From contig JAIBBF010000001.1 of assembly GCA_019694795.1 (NCBI GenBank), positions 2,370-66,369 on the forward strand: a stretch of 64,000 nt of DNA, in the 5' to 3' direction. Under the pieces are notes generated by a model. The model did no database searches, had not been told where the DNA came from, and saw only the letters and a program-made list of their open reading frames with translations. Source of the DNA: Flavobacteriales bacterium. Lineage in GTDB: Bacteria; Bacteroidota; Bacteroidia; Flavobacteriales_D; UBA2798. The translations under genes and the position numbers were made by a program. Below, in pieces: positions 57,045 through 64,000 of this stretch (the first letter of the stretch is position 1; each line of letters opens with the position of its first letter).

Positions 57045-58448
57045 ATGAAAAAACTATTCCTGTTTATTGCCATACTTTTTACGGCTACGGTTTCCCACTC
57101 TGCCGATCCGGATTCGGTGCTTATCCGAAAAATTTACGATGCTGAATTGACCAATGGAGAATGTTATCAGAATTTAAAAGTTCTCTGCAAAAGTATCGGT
57201 CATCGACTCAGCGGATCTCCGCAAGCGGAACAAGCGGTGTATTGGGGAAAAAAAATAATGGAAAAAGCCGGATTCGATAAAGTTTATCTGCAGGAAGTAA
57301 TGGTTCCTCATTGGGTAAGAGGAAAAAACGAAAGTGGAATGCTCATTCTTTCTAATTATCCAAAAAGAAAAGACGGAACACCGGTTAGCAGTTCCATTAA
57401 AATCACCGCACTCGGTGGTTCTGTGGGTACAAACGGAAAATTAACTGCAGAAGTGATTGAGGTTAACGATTTTGAAGAATTAAAACGACTGGGGCCGGAA
57501 AACATCAAAGGTAAAATCGTATTGTTTAATCGTCCCTTCGATCCTACATACATTCACACGTTTAATTCGTACGGACATTGTGTAGACCAACGTGTACATG
57601 GTGCTAAGGAAGCAGCCCAATACGGTGCTAAAGCTGTTGTTATTCGCAGTATGACGCATGGAGAAGGTGATCATCCGCATACCGGTGCAATGAAATACGA
57701 TGACTCCATTCCTAAAATTCCTGCTGTTGCAGTAAGTACCGTGGTTGCCGATGAAATTTCGAAAGAATTAAAAGCGGGTCGTCCCGTAAAAATGACGTTG
57801 AATTTAGATTGCCAATGGTTACCTGATGTAAAATCATACAACGTAATTGGAGAAATCACCGGTAAAGAATTTCCCGACGAAATCATTTCAGTGGGTGGTC
57901 ACCTCGACAGCTGGGATATCGGCGAAGGCGCTCACGATGATGGAGCGGGATGTGTTCAAAGTATGGAAGCTCTTCGTTTATTTAAAGTGTTAGGCATTCA
58001 ACCGAAGCATACTTTAAGAGCTGTATTGTTTATGAATGAAGAAAACGGATTAAGAGGCGGAAAAAAATATGCGGAGCAAGCCCATGAAAAAAATGAAAAA
58101 CATATCGCTGCATTAGAAAGTGATCGCGGTGGATTTGTTCCCCGTGGTTTTGCCATTGAGGGTAATCAAAAAGAAATTGACTGGTTGCAATCACTTGCCC
58201 CATTGTTTAAAGCATACGACCTCCACTATTTTGAACCCGGAGGATCCGGAGCAGATATTGGTCCCCTTAAAAAATACTTCCCCGATATTGTGTTGTTCGG
58301 ATTTGTTCCCGACTCCCAACGTTATTTTGATCATCACCATGCAGAAACCGATGTGTTTGAAAATGTAAACAGACGGGAACTCGAATTAGGATCTGCCGCA
58401 ATGGCTGCATTTCTCTATGTGTTGGACATCCATTTGGCAAATCATTAA
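57045..58448 (+). CDS. M28 family aminopeptidase with a PA domain.
   Basis: Signal peptide MKKLFLFIAILFTATVSHS. Motifs GGHLDSWDIGEGAHDDGAGCV and FMNEENGLRGG. The start at 57045 avoids overlap with the opposite-strand gene. Confidence 0.85.
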   Translation: MKKLFLFIAILFTATVSHSADPDSVLIRKIYDAELTNGECYQNLKVLCKSIGHRLSGSPQAEQAVYWGKKIMEKAGFDKVYLQEVMVPHWVRGKNESGMLILSNYPKRKDGTPVSSSIKITALGGSVGTNGKLTAEVIEVNDFEELKRLGPENIKGKIVLFNRPFDPTYIHTFNSYGHCVDQRVHGAKEAAQYGAKAVVIRSMTHGEGDHPHTGAMKYDDSIPKIPAVAVSTVVADEISKELKAGRPVKMTLNLDCQWLPDVKSYNVIGEITGKEFPDEIISVGGHLDSWDIGEGAHDDGAGCVQSMEALRLFKVLGIQPKHTLRAVLFMNEENGLRGGKKYAEQAHEKNEKHIAALESDRGGFVPRGFAIEGNQKEIDWLQSLAPLFKAYDLHYFEPGGSGADIGPLKKYFPDIVLFGFVPDSQRYFDHHHAETDVFENVNRRELELGSAAMAAFLYVLDIHLANH

Positions 58449-58469
58449 TTAGAGCGAAGGAGAATTACA

Positions 58470-58889
58470 GTGACCCCGATTGATTTTAAACCCACAGAAC
58501 AAACCCAAACTGCACACATTCATATTGTCGACGGAATCATTCACGTCACTTATCTGAAAGATGCAGAAATAACGGTTGAAGTTAAAAAAGAACACCATCG
58601 ATTTTATAAGGAGATTACCGTTTTTGGTCCCATGCCTATGTTGCTGAAAATGGAAGATGGGGTAAGCATTACCCGCGACGCCAGAGTGTATTCCCGAAAG
58701 ATTGAGGACAAACAACCTTTTACCGCCACTGCAGTTTTGGTCAATAATCTTGCCTATAAAATCCTGGCCAACTTCTACGCCAATTTTTATCGCCCAAAAA
58801 AACCATTCAAGGTTTTCGATAATGAAGAAAAAGCCATTCAATGGTTGCAGCAATTTAAAAACGAAACGAAGCATCCGGAATCAGAATGA
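58470..58889 (+). CDS. Hypothetical protein (139 aa), translationally coupled to the CPBP protease gene.
   Basis: GTG start. 4-nt overlap (ATGA) with 58886..59509. No motif recognised. Confidence 0.5.
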   Translation: MTPIDFKPTEQTQTAHIHIVDGIIHVTYLKDAEITVEVKKEHHRFYKEITVFGPMPMLLKMEDGVSITRDARVYSRKIEDKQPFTATAVLVNNLAYKILANFYANFYRPKKPFKVFDNEEKAIQWLQQFKNETKHPESE

Positions 58890-59509
58890 GTAACCGAACT
58901 ACCATTCTATTGCTGGCAACCTTTACCCTCACCATTTTTCCATTGGTAGGTTGGCTTATCTTTAAAATTATTTCTGAAGAAAACTGGACCGCTGTTTTTT
59001 TTGAAGGACATTCCATCATTCTACAAATCTGTTTCGGATCTGTATTCGGATTTCTTTCTGCATTAGGTGCATGGTATCTGATTCGTTCTCCATTTTTATT
59101 ACCCGTAATAGAAAAATACGGCGGATTGATAAAATCACTCCACTTAAAACCCATCGATATCATTTACATATCCCTCTGTGCAGGTATTGGGGAAGAGTTA
59201 TTATTCAGAGCCTCCATTCAACCTTTTTTAGGAATATGGATCACCTCCATCCTCTTTGTTGCGCTCCATGGATATTTAAATCCCTTCGACTGGCGGGTTT
59301 CGGTTTATGGCATTTACATGACTGCCGTAATTATTATCATAGCTTACGAGCTCAGCTATTTAGGTATTTACGCCTCCATTGCTTCACATGTGGTGATTGA
59401 TATAGTTTTGCTTTTTCTGTTGAGTAAATTGAACGATCAGGAAGCAATTCCCAAGGATGACTTCCCAATATTTCTTAATTCGGAGGAAGAAGAAGGAGAG
59501 ATTTCCTAA
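58886..59509 (+). CDS. CPBP (CAAX protease / Abi) family intramembrane glutamic endopeptidase.
   Basis: Multi-TM protein. Motif 1 is GIGEELLFRASIQ. Motif 2 is FVALHGYLN. Motif 3 is ASHVVIDIV. Confidence 0.8.
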   Translation: MSNRTTILLLATFTLTIFPLVGWLIFKIISEENWTAVFFEGHSIILQICFGSVFGFLSALGAWYLIRSPFLLPVIEKYGGLIKSLHLKPIDIIYISLCAGIGEELLFRASIQPFLGIWITSILFVALHGYLNPFDWRVSVYGIYMTAVIIIIAYELSYLGIYASIASHVVIDIVLLFLLSKLNDQEAIPKDDFPIFLNSEEEEGEIS

Positions 59510-59572
59510 TTTTTGTAAATAGGATGTAACCAGTTGGATTATTCACCTTATGTTGGTCGAAATCTAATTTTA

Positions 59573-60808
59573 ATGAGGACATCTGCTCTACTCTTGTTTT
59601 TTCTAATCGCTCTCCAATCTATTGCTCAACCTGCTCAGGAAGAAAATAATCTGGCCCCAAAAGTGTTTGTTGATTGCGAATCGTGCGACATTGAAAATCT
59701 TCGTCAGGATTTTTATTTTCTTCACTATGTGAGAGACCGTCTCTTATGTGATGTGCATGTTTTAGTAACTACACGTCCCACCGGTGCAGGCGGAACGGAA
59801 TTTACCTTAAGCTTTTTCGGCAGAAATAAATTCGAGGGCATGAATGACACCTTGGTAAGTTCCATCCCACCCAACTCAACGCCTGATGAAATCAGAGATC
59901 ATCTCAACAACAATATTCAGCTTGGATTGATCCGTTATATTATGAAAACTCCGTTATGTGAACATATTTCTATTACCTACGACCAGGAAGCACCTGCCAA
60001 TGATACCATCAAGGACAAGTGGAATTTCTGGGTATTTAAGGCTGCTGCCGGTGGATGGTTTAATGGAGAATCGCTGGTTTCGTCGCTCAGTTTAAACGGA
60101 TCGTTAACGGCCAATAGAATTACCAACGAAAGCAAAACCCGAATGGAGGGATCCACCTATTACAATAAAAATACATTCCATATCGACGACACCACCGAAA
60201 TCGTGAGTTTGTTTAGAAATTATTACGCCAATATTAATCAGGTTTGGAGCATCAGTAAACATTGGAGCGCAGGAACCGAAATCAATTATTATTCGAGTAT
60301 TTATGAAAATATTAAATCTTCCTATTATGCAGGAGCTTCACTTGAATATGATATTTTCCCTTACAACGAATCCTCCACCCGGATGCTGTATTTCTCCTAT
60401 ACACTCGCTCCACTGTATAGAAAATATAATTCCACCACCATTTTATTTCGCGACGAACAATACCTGATGCGTCAATCACTTTCGTTTACCAGTAAATTCA
60501 TTAGTAAATGGGGACAGTTCAATTCCACGGTATCCTGGAATAATTTCCTGCACGATTTCAGTCTAAATTCCTTGGCACTTTATGTATATGCCCAATTCCG
60601 GCTTTTTAAAGGTTTTTCACTTGAATTATCAGGCTATTATGCCCGCATCCGGAACCGGATTAATTTGCCCTTAGAGTCTGCAAGTCAGGAAGAAATATTA
60701 CTTGGTCAGGTCCAGCTCCCTACCAGCTTAAGTTATTGGGGCAGTGTGGGTATCTCCTATACCTTCGGATCAATCTATAATAACATTGTAAATCCGAGGT
60801 TGGAATAA
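59573..60808 (+). CDS. Hypothetical outer-membrane/secreted protein.
   Basis: I prefer the ATG at 59573 (signal peptide MRTSALLLFFLIALQSIAQP) over the TTG at 59534. The C-terminal two-thirds has a beta-rich Y/S/N pattern. Confidence 0.55.
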   Translation: MRTSALLLFFLIALQSIAQPAQEENNLAPKVFVDCESCDIENLRQDFYFLHYVRDRLLCDVHVLVTTRPTGAGGTEFTLSFFGRNKFEGMNDTLVSSIPPNSTPDEIRDHLNNNIQLGLIRYIMKTPLCEHISITYDQEAPANDTIKDKWNFWVFKAAAGGWFNGESLVSSLSLNGSLTANRITNESKTRMEGSTYYNKNTFHIDDTTEIVSLFRNYYANINQVWSISKHWSAGTEINYYSSIYENIKSSYYAGASLEYDIFPYNESSTRMLYFSYTLAPLYRKYNSTTILFRDEQYLMRQSLSFTSKFISKWGQFNSTVSWNNFLHDFSLNSLALYVYAQFRLFKGFSLELSGYYARIRNRINLPLESASQEEILLGQVQLPTSLSYWGSVGISYTFGSIYNNIVNPRLE

Positions 60809-60867
60809 CTTTTTTGCATTCGGATATTTTCGTATTTTCGAGGCAGATAAATTCCAAAATAGTCATT

Positions 60868-61254
60868 ATGAGCAGTTTCGTACTTGAGGGGAGTCCTAAA
60901 ACCCCAACCGTGAATCTGAATGCGGAAAAAGGTGTTCTTGAATTAAAAGGACGTTCCATTCCGGAAAATTCCATTGAATTTTACAAACCGATTTTTGATT
61001 GGGTTGAAAATTACGGTTCAAATCCGAAATCCGATACTCAGGTAAATGTTGTGTTGGAATATTTCAATACCTCTTCTTCGAAATGTATTCTTGATTTCTT
61101 TAAGAAACTTGAAAACCTGAACAATGGCGGGAAAACAAAAGTGACCATTAACTGGCATTATGAAGAAGATGACGAAGATATGCTGGAAGCCGGAGAAGAC
61201 TATCAGGCGATTATCTCTGTTCCATTTAAAATGGTAGCCATCGAAGAAATTTAA
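60868..61254 (+). CDS. DUF1987 (SiaC-like) family protein.
   Basis: MSSFVLEGSPKTPTVNLNAEKGVLELKGRSIPENSIEFYKPIFDWVENY...LEYFNTSSSKCILDFFKKLE matches my memory of the DUF1987 pattern. I prefer the ATG at 60868. Confidence 0.65.
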   Translation: MSSFVLEGSPKTPTVNLNAEKGVLELKGRSIPENSIEFYKPIFDWVENYGSNPKSDTQVNVVLEYFNTSSSKCILDFFKKLENLNNGGKTKVTINWHYEEDDEDMLEAGEDYQAIISVPFKMVAIEEI

Positions 61255-61274
61255 TGGTTCAACAACCAATATTC

Positions 61275-61300
61275 AATCCCGCTTTATGCGGGATTTTTTG
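61275..61300 (+). terminator. Rho-independent terminator after the DUF1987 gene.
   Basis: Stem aatcccgc / gcgggatt, loop tttat, then T6. Confidence 0.75.
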
Positions 61301-61479
61301 TTTTATATCATCCTTAAAACACGAAGATTCATCCAAAATGAGCATCCGTTGAGCGAAATGTAGCGTTGATTTAGTATGCATACATAACATTTTTTGGAAC
61401 TGCCCGTTTAACTATACAGAAACCAGAACCAAATGGAGCAAGGCTACTTAACGGAATGTTTAACTTAAATTGTATAGCC

Positions 61480-61566
61480 ATGAGAGACCGTTCTAACCTG
61501 TATGTGGGATTGGTACTGGCCGTTGTATCGCTCACCACTTACCTTCTCTTTTCATTCCTGGGATAA
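61480..61566 (+). CDS. Candidate 28-aa hydrophobic small protein.
   Basis: The ATG..TAA ORF encodes MRDRSNLYVGLVLAVVSLTTYLLFSFLG (one TM-like helix). Its own terminator follows 15 nt later. It falls below the ORF-track length cutoff. Confidence 0.3.
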   Translation: MRDRSNLYVGLVLAVVSLTTYLLFSFLG

Positions 61567-61581
61567 GAGAAGTTCACTAAA

Positions 61582-61613
61582 AGCGCCCATTGCTACCTCC
61601 GGGCGCTTTTTTA
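61582..61613 (+). terminator. Rho-independent terminator after the small ORF.
   Basis: Stem agcgccc / gggcgct, 12-nt loop, then T6. Confidence 0.65.
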
Positions 61614-61666
61614 TTGCTTTTATTTTTTCTGATTTATTCCTATATTAAGAGGAAAATCAGCAGGCA

Positions 61667-62848
61667 ATGAAAGCAGAATATCTATTTGAGTTATTGCAGG
61701 AAAATAAGACAGTTATTCTTCCCGGAATCGGCGCATTCGTTCAGAATGATTCCACTACTCAACCTTATATTTTTAATCCCTACCTCAAGTTTAACGACGG
61801 AATGCTGGTTGCCTACATTGCCAAAAAAGAAAATCTCGGCATGGAGGAAGCAGGTAAAAAACTGGAAGTTTTCTCCGCCGGAATTCAATCTTTGCTGGAA
61901 TCGGGACGAGATGTTGTGATTCAACGCCTGGGGAAAATAAAATCAGATGCATCGGGAAAAATTGAATTCACCCATGATCCATCCCTAACCGAAAATCAGC
62001 AAGAAAAAATAATTGTCCCTGAAATAAAAACGGAGACTCCAAAAACTGAGGTGCCAAAAGTTGAAACGCCAAAAATTGAAACACCAAAAGTTGAAACACC
62101 AAAAGTTGAAACACCGAAAGTTGAATTACCAAAACCTGAACTACCGAAAGAGGAAAAGGAAAATTCCATTCCTCCGGTAAGTATCCAGGAAGAGAAAATC
62201 ACAAAGCCGGAAATTGCTGCAGAAAAAAAGATTGAAAAAGAAATAAAAAAATCTCCGGTTGAGAAAAAAAAGAAGGAGCGAAAAAAAAGAAAATTATTGA
62301 TTCCCCTCTTGCTTCTTCTCCTACTCGGTGGAGGTGGAACAGCAGGCTATTTATTCCGCAATGAAATCATGCATTTATTTTCGGGACAAACAGAAAGTAA
62401 GGCAGATGAAAAAAAGGAAACAAAAAAAGAATCACCAAAGCAAGAACAACCAGCATCACCGGGTGATAGCACTTCGGTGGAAGAGATGGATAGTAGTCTC
62501 ACCGAATCGCCTATTGCTGAAACTGAAAATCCTGAACTCATAACTGAAGAAAGTCCGGTGAAAGAAGAAGTGGCGCCGAAACAAAATCATGCGGTGACCA
62601 CCACACCTTCAGCTCCGGCACAAAGTGGTAATTATTATGTGATCATTGGCTGCTATTCCAACGAAAGCAATATTTCAGCGATTAGTCAGAAAGCTTCAGA
62701 AAAAGGACATACTGCCAGCGATATTGGGGTGTATGGGGGCTTGCATCATATTTCGGTTTATTCCACTTCCGATTTATCGGATGCTGCGGCCAAGGCTTCC
62801 TCCTTACGATCCGATTTTCCAAATGCCTGGGTAATGCAGGTCCGTTAA
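61667..62848 (+). CDS. SPOR-domain membrane protein with an HU-like N-terminal domain and a PK-rich repeat linker.
   Basis: The N-terminus reads LLQENKTVILPGIGAFV. It contains ETPKV pentapeptide repeats, a KKKKERKKRK stop-transfer segment and the TM helix LLIPLLLLLLLGGGG. The C-terminal SPOR-like segment reads GNYYVIIGCYSNESNISAISQKASEKGHTASDI...SDFPNAWVMQ. Confidence 0.75.
   Translation: MKAEYLFELLQENKTVILPGIGAFVQNDSTTQPYIFNPYLKFNDGMLVAYIAKKENLGMEEAGKKLEVFSAGIQSLLESGRDVVIQRLGKIKSDASGKIEFTHDPSLTENQQEKIIVPEIKTETPKTEVPKVETPKIETPKVETPKVETPKVELPKPELPKEEKENSIPPVSIQEEKITKPEIAAEKKIEKEIKKSPVEKKKKERKKRKLLIPLLLLLLLGGGGTAGYLFRNEIMHLFSGQTESKADEKKETKKESPKQEQPASPGDSTSVEEMDSSLTESPIAETENPELITEESPVKEEVAPKQNHAVTTTPSAPAQSGNYYVIIGCYSNESNISAISQKASEKGHTASDIGVYGGLHHISVYSTSDLSDAAAKASSLRSDFPNAWVMQVR
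62034..62153 (+). repeat. Eight tandem 15-bp coding repeats (E-x-P-K-x pentapeptides).
   Basis: The unit gaaacaccaaaagtt and its variants are read consecutively. Units 4 and 5 are identical. Confidence 0.85.
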
Positions 62849-62886
62849 ATACCACTAAGCATTATCTTTGTCAAAAATCAATCACA

Positions 62887-63747
62887 TTGAAAAGTATTCG
62901 AATTTGCGGCGTAAATGAGCATTTTAATTTTCCCTGGAGATATGCCATTGAAAAGGGATTATTCCAACAAGCGGGAATAGATTTGGTGTGGACAGAAAGC
63001 AAGGGCGGAACGGGCGAAATGACGCGTTTACTCGCGAACAACGGAACAGACCTTGCTGTTTTACTCACCGAAGGAATGTTTGTTGAAGCCATCAGAAATC
63101 GCACAGCAAAAATTATTCAGTTGCACGTCACATCGCCACTCCACTGGGGAGCGCATGTGAAAAAAAATTCCGCCATCCATTCAACCAACGATTTAAAACA
63201 AAAACGATTTGCCATTAGCCGATATGGCAGCGGTTCACATCTGATGGCGCTCGTTCATGCAAAAAATATGGGCTGGGAAAAATCGGATGTTTCATTTGTA
63301 GTTGTGAACTCACTGGAGGGTGGACTCCAATCGCTGGCCAATGGAGAAAGCGATGTGTTTTTATGGGAGAAATACACCACAGCGCCTTTTCTGGAAGAAT
63401 TTGGATTACGATATGTTGGGGATGTGGTTACTCCATGGCCAAGTTTTTTACTGGCAGGTTCCAATGAATTCTGTGCAGAAGATCAGGAAGCGGTAAAGAC
63501 CATTGCCCGTATCATTGCTTCTGCAAATGCCGAATTGAAAAAAAATCCGGAAACCGTCAAATGGATTTCACAACGTCAGCATCTCAATGAAAAACAGGTT
63601 AGCCAATGGTTTAGTGAAATGACATGGAATGAGGCTCCCGGTATAAAAGAAAGCGACTACGCGCATATTTTGCACAGTCTTTGCAATGCAGATTTAATCA
63701 CACCGGAAGAACGTGATAATTCCAACGATATTCGATTTGTATGGTAA
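62887..63747 (+). CDS. Periplasmic-binding-fold (NMT1/SsuA-like) domain protein lacking a signal peptide.
   Basis: TTG start. The sequence resembles type-II substrate-binding proteins (GIDLVWTESKGGTGEMTRLLANNGTDLAVLLTEG, RFAISRYGSGSHLM). The assignment is tentative. Confidence 0.45.
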   Translation: MKSIRICGVNEHFNFPWRYAIEKGLFQQAGIDLVWTESKGGTGEMTRLLANNGTDLAVLLTEGMFVEAIRNRTAKIIQLHVTSPLHWGAHVKKNSAIHSTNDLKQKRFAISRYGSGSHLMALVHAKNMGWEKSDVSFVVVNSLEGGLQSLANGESDVFLWEKYTTAPFLEEFGLRYVGDVVTPWPSFLLAGSNEFCAEDQEAVKTIARIIASANAELKKNPETVKWISQRQHLNEKQVSQWFSEMTWNEAPGIKESDYAHILHSLCNADLITPEERDNSNDIRFVW

Positions 63748-64000
63748 ACAAAACAGCGCTGCTATTTATTCTTTTTGCATGGTCGGAAATTCAGGCACAG
63801 CAACTGGAACCGGATAGTACCTATAGTATACCCGATAACCTGAAGGAGACTTCCGGATTAGCTCATTTTGGTCCTCATTTCATTTCGATTAACGACAGCG
63901 GTAATCCGAATCTGGTTATTGAAATGGATCATCAGGGGAAATTTGTGAAAACATACACCATAGAAAAATCGAAAAACAGCGACTGGGAAGATATTTGTAC
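63741..64000 (+). CDS. Partial CDS (runs off the right edge): secreted SdiA-regulated/phytase-like beta-propeller family protein.
   Basis: The ATG at 63741 overlaps the previous gene by 7 nt. Signal peptide MVNKTALLFILFAWSEIQAQ. Motifs LKETSGLA, INDSGN and DWEDI. Confidence 0.5.
   Translation, partial: MVNKTALLFILFAWSEIQAQQLEPDSTYSIPDNLKETSGLAHFGPHFISINDSGNPNLVIEMDHQGKFVKTYTIEKSKNSDWEDIC

Noticed and set aside
61301-61479. A possible tRNA or other structured RNA gene in the long intergenic region.
   Set aside because: I see no cloverleaf, no T-loop (GTTCGAATC-like) and no other recognisable RNA signature. Only a weak 7-bp long-range pairing is present. It is kept as a low-confidence leader observation, not called as an RNA gene.

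Overview
This window looks like a Bacteroidota chromosome segment, probably from a Flavobacteriia-like gliding bacterium. Supporting evidence: TAnnTTTG -7 promoter boxes, type III glutamine synthetase, a fused SecDF, and type-A and type-B T9SS sorting domains. About 40 genes are supportable. The left quarter (1..18184, minus strand) is a cell-surface locus. It holds a giant 4,638-aa SprB-repeat adhesin ending in a type-B (CHU_C) T9SS sorting domain. That gene contains near-identical 240-bp tandem coding repeats. Downstream of it lies a second adhesin-like gene interrupted by a single in-frame TAA. Upstream lie a small secreted protein and an ECF sigma factor. The sigma gene is coupled to a bitopic anti-sigma-like protein that itself ends in a type-B T9SS sorting domain. 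I consider this last pairing the best candidate for an undescribed regulatory arrangement. A second T9SS module (43058..51451) encodes a beta-helix/SprB adhesin, a PorP/SprF protein and an OmpA-family protein. It is followed by an overlapping SGNH-SGNH-MBOAT O-acyltransferase operon; a second MBOAT pair sits at 19465..21821. There is also a tight DUF4856-imelysin-HTTM-TonB receptor operon. The remainder is housekeeping (mdh, secDF, tatA, GSIII, rarA, peptidases) and hypothetical genes. I found no rRNA, tRNA, CRISPR array, transposase or integrase. All functional calls rest on motif recognition by eye; no searches were run.
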